Positions 1-8,197 of a stretch of DNA of 22,012 nt are shown in pieces. Source of the stretch: Chrysochromulina tobinii (Eukaryota). Position 1 is the stretch's first letter. Every line of letters begins with the position of its first letter. The DNA lies in the NCBI GenBank assembly GCA_001275005.1, contig JWZX01003203.1, forward strand, positions 62,001-84,012. The letters are read 5' to 3'. The translations under genes were made by a program, and so were the position numbers. The notes beneath the pieces were generated by a model that had not been told where the DNA came from, did not search any database, and saw nothing but the letters and a program-made list of their open reading frames with translations.

Positions 1-834
1 CACCACGCACTCCATCTGCGCATCCTTATCGCCGAGCCGCTCGAGGCGGACGCGCCACCGCCCGTCGGAAGATCCCAGCTTCTCGAGGAGGGTGACACCC
101 TGAATGTGACAAAAGGACAGAGAGGGGCGCACGCGCGGTCAGCGCACATTGAATGCTGTGGTCCATGAATGCAGAGAGAAGACACTCGACTCGGGTCCAC
201 GCACCTGGCCATTGAGCTCCGGCTCGTCCTGCAGGCCAAACAGCGCAGCCGGGTCGCCCACGGAGAGCGCCCTTGGGCTGCCGTAAATATCAAGCTCGAG
301 CGACCCGATCCCGAGCCAGTCGGCCTTGCGCGCCGCTAGCCGCAGCGGCGCCAGGCGCACCGCCTTCATCCACATGTCGCGGCCCGCCCTCCACGAGAAT
401 GTGACGTCGGATGCTGGCACGTTCATCTCCTTCACTGGTTGCTGATCGCCGCCAGTCTTGGCCCGAATGACCCACTCTCCCGGCCGGCCCTCGCGCAGAA
501 GGTCGCCCTCCAGGCCGACACCGGCGACGGTGGCGACGACAGGATCGCCCGGCCGCAGCGGCTGGTGGCGCCGCCGCTCCACCACGACGTGGACGAGCGA
601 GGTCACGCCGTCGGACGCGAGGACGTCGAAGCCATCCTCGGTCGTCTCAACGAGTGTCGCATCGAGCGGCACGCCGGGCAGGTACTCTTCCATGTCCTTT
701 GCAGCCATGTAGGTGCGGCTCCAATCGTATGGCGGGGCGATTGCGAGGTGCCGCGTCGGGCAAGGACGGTCGGTCGGCACGCGCGCCGTCGTGATGGCGT
801 CAAGCAGCGCGCGTTCCGCGAGGGAGTCCTCCAT
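1..834 (-). CDS. 5' part of a paralogue of the HET/TIR-like-TPR gene at 8198..11701; exons 834..205 and 99..<1, continuing off the left edge
   Basis: ORF MEDSLAERALL... is nearly identical to 11701..11063. A GT-AG intron at 204..100 rejoins PELNGQ|GVTLLEKLGSSDGRWRVRLERLGD, the same junction as in the second copy. Confidence 0.85.
100..204 (-). other. Spliceosomal intron, 105 nt, phase 0
   Basis: Minus strand reads GGCCAG|GTGCGT...CAG|GGTGTC. It removes the stop at 139 and matches the position of intron 10892..11062 in the paralogue. Confidence 0.85.
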
Positions 835-1144
835 CTTGCGAGCGAGGCTTCCGTGATCGCCTTTTTTAGGTCAAGTCAAGTCTATAGCTGTGAATTTGAA
901 CCTACCGGCGTGTACGGGGCCTTTTCGACATGATCTAACATGACTTGACTTTACCACAGTAACCAGTACTGTACTCTCTTCAGTCTGTCTTGAGAAAGGG
1001 TCAGTTGAATCGACACACAAGGTACCGACCAGCCACTACCACACGAAACACTGCCACGCAGTGATCGCGTCGCTCGGTGGACTAACACACCGGCGAGGAT
1101 TTTCAAGGATCCGGCCCCCACCCCCCGTCCCGGCCACGCTACAT

Positions 1145-1201
1145 CTATCGGCCCCCGGCCGATAGTTCACGTGACCGGCCTCTTGTGAACGTTCACAAGA
1201 G
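1145..1201. promoter_or_regulatory. Cluster of palindromes in the divergent promoter/5' UTR region
   Basis: ctatcggcc-ccc-ggccgatag (1145-1165), tcacgtga (1167-1174) and the perfect 22-bp palindrome ctcttgtgaacgttcacaagag (1180-1201), ending 13 nt before ATG 1215. A regulatory function is inferred from position only. Confidence 0.4.
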
Positions 1202-1214
1202 CCTCGCCGCCTCA

Positions 1215-4200
1215 ATGCCTCCAAAGCCCACAGCCGGCTCCGGCTTTGCTGCGGCGAAGGCAGCTACTGCGCTCAAGCTCAGTGCTAAGGCAGCGACTGC
1301 GTCCAAAGGAAAACAGCCCGGACGTTCACTCGACGACGAGCTCGCCGCCGCTTGGATGGTGGCACCGACTCAAGGTGAGGAGACCTGCAGCTGCTCACAG
1401 CCGAGCTTGGCAGCGTTGTCACTTTCGACAGAGCTGGCTGCAAAGCTCAATGAACAGCCTGCGGACATGCAGCAGGCTGCTCGGAACTTGCTCGAGCTGC
1501 TCATGGCAACCTCTGCTGGCGTGCACGCCAGCGTGCTGCGATGGGAAAGCCTCAACGAGACCTCTGGATGCCGAGTTTGTTGGCTGCGCGTGACCGCGCT
1601 CGGTGAGCACCCCTCCCTCATCAGGCTCGGCCGCGTCGCTCTCGTACGCGCCGAGACCGCGCGGGCCACTCGCTTGGAGCCGAGTCGGCACTTGCCAACG
1701 GCGATCTCTCCGGTGCTCGTGCACCCGCCGCTCGCCGCCCAGAGGTGCGATCTCCCGCTGGCCTCTTGGCGATCGCTCGAGCCGTCGCGCTGCACCGAGG
1801 ACGGCGGGTTGCTCCAGACGTGGGCCGACCGGCTGGCCGCGTACCTCAAAGCCTCGGCGAGCCACGCACAGCACAGCGAGGCAGCCCTGTACAGCGTGCT
1901 CGAGGAGCTGTGGGATCTTGATGGTCCGTTGGCACGGCTCGCCGGTACGACCGCCGAGCGCACCGCCACGTCCAAAGCATGGCTTGCCGCACGGCTCGGT
2001 ACGCTCACCCACGAGCTCAGCCAGCAGCTCCTCCCTGGCCTCAAAGACACACGGCGCGAGGCGCTCACGACGGCGTTGCATGCGCCGCTGCTGAGCGAGC
2101 TGAGCAAGTGCATTGCACTCAAGGAGCTCGCGACGGTCCTGCCGCCGGGGCAGCAGCTTGCATGGGGCAGCCAGCCCGAGTGGTTTGAGCAGTCGGAGCT
2201 CAGCCAGCTCGCGCGTGATGAGCGGTCCGAGCCGGTGCGCTCCTGATGACCCTTGATTGCGGTCCGAGCCGGTGCGCTCCTGATGACCCTTGATTGCGCG
2301 AGCCGGTGCGCTCCTGATGACCCTTGATTCCGAGCCGGTGCGCTCCTGATGACCCTTGATTCCGAGCCGGTGCGCTCCTGATGACCCTTGGTGGCGTCGG
2401 AATGCTTCGCTCTGAGCGGTCGGCTCCTGATGACACTCGAGATTGCATCTGATGGCGTCTGATGGCGTCTGATGACCTCACTCATCAGGTGCGCGCCCTC
2501 CTCGAGGCGCTTGCCGCGCTTGTGACGGCCGGGGCCGGTGGTGCCGCTGAGGCGGCGGCGGCGGCGGCGGCGCTGTCGGCGCACAAGCCGGCCAAAGGTG
2601 GAGGTGCCGGCGGCAAGGGCACCGGCAAGGGCGGCAACAAGAGTCTCGGTGCTTTGTTGGCACAAGCAATCGGTGCTGCTGGTGGCGAGGGTGGCAAGGG
2701 CGGCGCCAGTGGGGAGGATCAGGGGACCACATGGCTGGCTCTGTGGAAGCCGACTGTTGCCGCCCACCACGGCGCCCTTAACCAGGCGGCGAGTTTGTTA
2801 CTCGACGTCAAGGGTCGCTGGTGGCTTGCGGACGCACCGACCGACACGTCACGGCGCGCGGACTTGTGGGAGGATGCAGCGGGCGTCGTCGTGGCGATGG
2901 TGCTCGAGGCGGCGCCGGCTGCGTCGATGGCGGCAGACGAGGTGCTCGCCACGACGCGATCGTGCCCACGACTTAGCATGCAAGTGCTCACCACGGTGTC
3001 CTCTCCCCACAGGTGCTCGCCTGCATCGACGCGATCGTGCCCACGACGCCGACCGCCGCCATGGAGTTGTGGACGCCCTTGCAAGTGCCCATTGGAGGGA
3101 GCCAGATGGCACGCCGCCTGATCAAGCTCGTCGAGGAAGTCCTGGTGAACTCGACCCGGCATGCGGCACGCGTATGCAGCGGCCGTGCGCCCTCGTCTGC
3201 GCGCCAGCCGGCCGACTTGCATCCGTTACCGTGGCGGCTGGCGCTGCTCACGACGGCGCTCCGGGCCGTGCGCTCGCCGCGATTGTGCTCCGTGGCCAAA
3301 AAGGCCGCGTGGCACCTAGTGGTGCGCTGCGCGAGCGCGGCGCTGCTCGATTTGCGCCGACCGCCCGCGACGACGCCCCCTGAGGACGCACGCGCACTTG
3401 AGGAGGTCGTGGTGCGTGAGCAGAGGCTGAGTCTTGCGTGCGTGCAGCCGCTCGCCCTACGCGCCGTCGCGGGCGGAATGAGCGCCGACGCCGCTGACAT
3501 CAGTGCCACCTCCGACGCTACCGCTACTGACTCCTCCACTGCCACTTCCGAAGAGACGGTGGCGTACATTGATATTGAGGGCGCACTGCTCACCTCGAGC
3601 GGCGGCCGCTTCGGACGCGAGTTTGATGACGTGCTCAGCTCATTCCGATTCGACGAGCTTGACGGCGCGCACCACTTGGCCCACCGTGCGCCCAGCACGT
3701 TCGACGAGATCAGCAGCTACGAGATGGCCTTCTCGGCCGTGGGCAGTGCGTTTACGAGCTTGCACTCGAAGCTACACACACTCAAGCCGCGTCTCGCCGA
3801 GCTCGCCGCCCTGCTCCTGGGCGGCGCGCTGGGCGGCGCGGGCAGTACAGCTAAGGCCGAGCAGCTGCTCGCGGCGCTCACGGACGATGTGGTGACGAAA
3901 CTCCTCAAGGACGAGGCCGAGGCGGTGCTCAGCACGGCGCTCGAGGCGCTCCAGCAAGGGGTGAGCGACGCGCGCCGATGGTGCGCCGCTCATGCGAAGG
4001 CGGCCCAGGCGAAGCTCATCGTGACAGAGCGGCTCGTCAACGCGATCGCCTCGAGCGCTCACGCTGCGGCGGTGTGCAAGAGCCGCCAGGGTGAGACGCT
4101 GCGCAGCGGCTACCGAGGGCCACGCTTCGACTCCGGCCAGCCGTTGGCCGTGCTCGATCGCTCGCAGGCGCGTTGATTGCCACTGATGACCTGCCTTGCA

Positions 4201-7200
4201 TGCCACTGCTCACCACAGCGCGAGACGTGCTCGATCGCTCGCAGGCGCCCTTCGTGTGGAGAGAGGCGCGAGTGGTCCACGGCGGCCCCATCCTCGCCGC
4301 TATCGACGCCCAGGGGCGCGTGGTCACGTGGGGAGCGCGTGCGGAGCAGCTGACTGGTCTGCCGGCCAAAGCGGCGCACGGGCAGCCGTGGGCGAGCGTG
4401 CTGCTGGCCGGCACGGACGACATGATCATGGACTCGGAATCGCATGCGAACAAGGTGCTCGCGGGCGAAGCCGAAGGCAACGCGTATGTGAGCATCTGCA
4501 CGCCCATACGCGATGCCCACGGAAACCCCACAGTCGTCGCCCCGATGCTCATCCGGCCGGTTACGTCGGCCGAGCATGGCGCGCTGCTGACGGCCGCCGC
4601 GGCCGCCGTCGTGCTCGAGGCGGCAACGGACATTGCACTTCTGAGCGTCTATGATGGTGGCGAGCGGCTGGCGGGCGGCACAGCAAGGGCGCGGCAGCTC
4701 GAGATGAGCCTCGAGCCGTTCAACCACGCGCCTCGCCTGCTGTCCATGGCGGCGTTTGACAAGCAGCTGCGCCTCTTCATGCAGGGCATGCAGATGGAGC
4801 TTGGGTGTGTCTACGACCCCGTCGATGGTACGGCGCGCCCAGCAGGCATGGAGCCCGTGCCCGTCACGCTCGCTGCCAATGCTCCAATGGTCGCTGGGAA
4901 TGGGACGGCGCCCGCGCCACCCTCTCTGAAAGACGTGACCGACGCACGTGCCCTGTGGGATCAGCTACAAGCCGCGCATCGCGCCAACCTCGCCAATAGC
5001 GAGCACGCGAGCCGGCAACCGGTCGGCGCCGTCGTGAGCGGTCGCATTGGCGCCGGCAAGAGTACCTTTTTGCGTCAGCTTGGGCTGCGCGGCTGCTCGA
5101 CCTTCCTCAATCTGGATGCGGCGGCGGCGGCGACGGCGCTTGTGCCGCTGCTTGTGCCGGTGCCGCAGCTCGCACGCCTGCTGCGCTCGAAGCCCGCCGC
5201 GTTTGCATCCGCGTGGAACCACGCAGCTGCCTTCGTGACGCTCGCGATCGAGGGGGAACTTACCCAGCTCACGCTGCGCCAGTGCCTGATGCAGCGGCGC
5301 TGCGTGGTGCTCCTCGATGGCGTGAGCGATGGCGGCCTCGTGGGTGAGAATGAGCGGGCCATTCTCGAGCACGTGGTGCACGTGCTTGTCCCACAGGGCC
5401 ACGCAGTCGTTGCGACCATCCGCGACGAAGCCATCCCTGCCGATGGAAGCAGCAGCAACGTCCGAGCCGACGGCTGCGCCAGAGCAGACGACCCACGCAT
5501 GCAAGCGCTCACCACGGCGCCGCCTTTCGGAGCAGACGACCCACGCACCGCCGATGGGCACAGTCCCAATGCGGAGCCCTTCCGGCTCAGCCGCTCGGCC
5601 CGTTTGCCGTGGCTGCAGCTCCGCACGCGAGATGGAAAGGCGCAAAGAGCTTACCTCAAGAGCCTGCTCCAGGGGAATCAATCGCGCCTTTTCGACGCGA
5701 CAGCGTTGCTACACGCTGCGGAGCAGGCGGCGCTCGACGACGTGCAAGGACTCGGAGAGGCAGCGGCCGAGGAGGCGGCGAATGAGTTTGCCTCTCCGTT
5801 GCTGCTGGCCTGCTTAGCGGCTGGCGTCTCTCCGCGCACCGACAGGAGCACAGGCACAGCAGCCACGTTCAAGCCCCCCGACTCAGTAGGAGCACTTCTG
5901 AGCGCTGCAGTGGATCGAATGCTGCGTGCCGCCGACCAGGTACCTCACCCTACTCGCCCTACTCGTGCAAGCGCTCACTACGGCGCCGCCCTCCTCACCC
6001 TACTCTCGCCTGCGCCTTCCCCTCATCACCCCTCGCATGCAAGCGCTCACTACGGCGCGGCGACCTCCGTTCCCCACAGGTACAGCGAGCGTGGCCGCTC
6101 AATCCGCAGACGTTCCAAGCGCAGCGGGCAGCGTGCGAGGCCATCGCGCTCGCAGCACATCTGAAGGGCGCGCCCAAGCCGGCGCCTTTGCAGCTGCCGC
6201 AGGCCAGTGGCGCTGGTGGCGCCGCCGCCGCTGCCGCTGCCGCCGCCGCCGCGAGCGTTTCAGACGCCTCCACAGATACCACCACGCCGATGACTGCAGG
6301 TCTGGCCGCATGCGTGCTGACTGAGGCGGAGGTGCTCGAGGCTCTCGAGGGCGCTGGGATGGGCGCCGCCGCCGCCGCCGCATGGGCCGCTCTTCGACGG
6401 CGGCTCGCGCGTGGTACGCTCCCCCTGCTGCGTCTCGTGAGCGCGCGTCCGCTGCTGCTGTGCGTGGCGCATCCACGGCTGCAAGAGCTCCTCGCGGCCG
6501 AAGCGCTCAGCCACGGCCTTTGGCCCGCGACGATGCCCAAGCCGTGGGCATGGGGGGCTTGGTGGCGAGGCGTCAGTCGGTTGGGCTCCGACGAGCGGTT
6601 ACGCGACCAATTCGGCGCGGCGCTGTTCAGCGCGAGCCGTGCCGATGAGCTCAAGCTCGAAGGCGTTCGAGGCGACAGCGTCGCGGCGGCGAGCGCGCTG
6701 CTGCTCATGAGCAGGCATGCAGCAGCCCACGCAAAGCAGTGGCGGCTGCGCACCGAGACGCTCATTGACGTAATGGAGACCATCGAGGAGCAGGGCAAGG
6801 CTGCGGCGGTGGAGGCTGGGGAGAGACGACTGGTGGGCTTGGGGCTGGGCGGGCTGCCGTTGGCGGGCTTTGCCGTGCTCTGCGCTCTGCTCGTGGGTGA
6901 GGCGAACACGACGGCTCTCGACGTGAGCAAGAATGCGCTCTCGCCACCCCTCGCCGAGGCGCTGTGTCGAGCGCTGGTGCGTGCAGGCTCCGGCGTCCGA
7001 CGGCTGCGGCTCGAGCGATGCACCCTGGGGGCGGAGGGCGTGTGTCGTGCGTGCGCGGCTCTCCAGGGCCGCCCGCCGCTCATCGACGTGGACCTGAGCC
7101 ATAATGGCATCGGTGGCCTCGCGGCCGTCAAGGCGATTGCGTGCCTGCTCAGCCAGAGTCCACTCGAACGCCTCGTCCTCACCTCCAACCCTCTCGGCCA

Positions 7201-7756
7201 GCCACTTGCGGGCAGCGACGAGACGCCCGAGACGGCGCTCGAGGCCATCAAGACGCTGGCAAGTGCGCTAGCCAATAGCAAGTCGCTCAAGGAGCTGCAG
7301 CTGCGCGACGCTGGGCTCGGCCCCTCTGCCTGCGCGCCTCTGGGCGCCGCCCTCGCCGAGCATCGGAGCCTTGAGACGCTCAGTCTGTGGAAGAATCGGC
7401 TCGGGGCGTCGGGCGGCGGCGCCGCGTTTGTGGCCGCGATGAAGCTCAACGGCAGCCTGACGTGCCTCGACTTGCGCGGCAATCATCTTGATGACGAGTG
7501 CGGCGTCGCCTTAGCGGGCTACCTCGCCCGCCGCACGAAGCTGGCCACCTTGCTCGTCTCGGACAATGCCCTCCTGCCAGCGGCGGCCAAGGCGCTCGCC
7601 AAATCGTGGGCCGAGAACAGCGTGCTCACGGCGCTCGACGTGCGTGGCAACCAGCTCGACGCCGACGCGCTCAAGGCGCTCAAGGCGGCGCGTGTCGCGG
7701 CGGCCAAGAAGCACGCTGGCGCCGTCGAGCTGCTCGTTGATGAGGTCGAAGGGTAA
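1215..7756 (+). CDS. NLR-like protein (~2000 aa): long helical N-terminus, PAS domain, NACHT NTPase, RI-like LRRs. Exons 1215..2234, 2489..2941, 3013..4167, 4245..5939, 6080..7756; exon 1 may contain further small introns.
   Basis: Four phase-0 introns join ORFs 1185, 2462, 3013, 4173 and 6188 in frame. PAS-like AIDAQGRVVTWGARAEQLTG (~4290-4566). Walker A GRIGAGKST (5040-5066), Walker B VVLLDGVSD (5304-5330), PLLL motif, winged-helix VAHPRLQELLAA (6464-6499). About 9 LxxLxLxxNxL repeats (~6907-7690). Confidence 0.8.
2228..2390 (+). repeat. Five copies of the 28-nt core cgagccggtgcgctcctgatgacccttg (spacing 37, 34, 32, 32)
   Basis: Copies start at 2228, 2265, 2299, 2331 and 2363; a degenerate sixth lies near 2414. 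Confidence 0.95.
2235..2488 (+). other. Intron, 254 nt, GT-AG, containing a tandem array
   Basis: CCG|GTGCGC...CTCATCAG|GTGCGC joins ORF 1185 to ORF 2462 in frame. Confidence 0.8.
2942..3012 (+). other. Intron, 71 nt, GT-AG
   Basis: GAG|GTGCTC...CCCCACAG|GTGCTC joins ORF 2462 to ORF 3013. Confidence 0.8.
4168..4244 (+). other. Intron, 77 nt, GC-AG
   Basis: CAG|GCGCGT...TCGCAG|GCGCCC removes the stop at 4174-4176 and joins ORF 3013 to ORF 4173. Confidence 0.75.
5940..6079 (+). other. Intron, 140 nt, GT-AG
   Basis: CAG|GTACCT...CCCCACAG|GTACAG joins the NACHT frame to the LRR frame (ORF 6188). Confidence 0.85.
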
Positions 7757-8197
7757 GCTTCTCAGGGATTAGGCTAAGGTGCCCTTAGAATGAGGCTACT
7801 GTATTTCCTCATATCCGATCCTTATAGGCTTTGACCAGACCTTTGATGCACATTTTTGGAAATCAACTCCAAGCGAACCGAACTCCACCTCTTGTGATCG
7901 GTTCCGATCAGTTACGACTTACGTACATGAATCAGGCGTTACGGTACTCGGTAGGAACGGAACCACACCAATCCGGTCGGACCGACCTGCCGCGTACCGC
8001 CCAGCTCCACCACACACCGACCGCACCAGCACGAGAACAATGCACATACGCAAGCATCCGAGCAAGGCCGTCACCACCAGCATGCAGCACGCAACGCCAC
8101 CGCCATGACCTTGACCACACGAGACCCGCGATCACGAAAAGCAGGTTTGTACCATTCCGTATCATCCCAAGGTGTGGTCGGGTAGATGTTTCTTCTG

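Larger units (their letters stand above)
1..848. repeat. Direct gene-duplication copy of 10631..11715
   Basis: Base 1 (caccacgcactccat) aligns to 10631 (caccacgcgctccat). Similarity ends at ccatcttgcgagcgaggc (848 / 11715). Exons are highly similar and introns have diverged. Confidence 0.95.

Noticed and set aside
1375..1624. Extra introns in NLR-like exon 1 (1375..1431, and one ending at ccctcatcag 1624)
   Set aside because: Plausible but not needed to keep the frame open, and no phase-compatible donor for 1624 could be fixed; left uncalled.
2228..2390. CRISPR-like array of 28-nt repeats
   Set aside because: Gaps are only 4-9 nt and not unique spacers; there are no cas genes; the array lies in a eukaryotic intron.
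1370..7482. Long antisense ORFs (1370..2770, 5995..7482; likewise 10748..12217 and 17527..18522)
   Set aside because: They are shadow ORFs expected in high-GC coding DNA, Arg/Ser/Ala-rich with no motifs, lying opposite well-supported genes.
1185..7756. Five separate genes or a frameshifted pseudogene
   Set aside because: Each frame change is resolved by a GT/GC-AG intron in the correct phase.
7895..7987. Short palindromes tgatcgg-tt-ccgatca and ggtcgg-a-ccgacc between convergent genes; ORF 7831..8313
   Set aside because: Stems of 6-7 bp are near chance level. The ORF starts at TTG, has no motifs and overlaps the TPR gene end.
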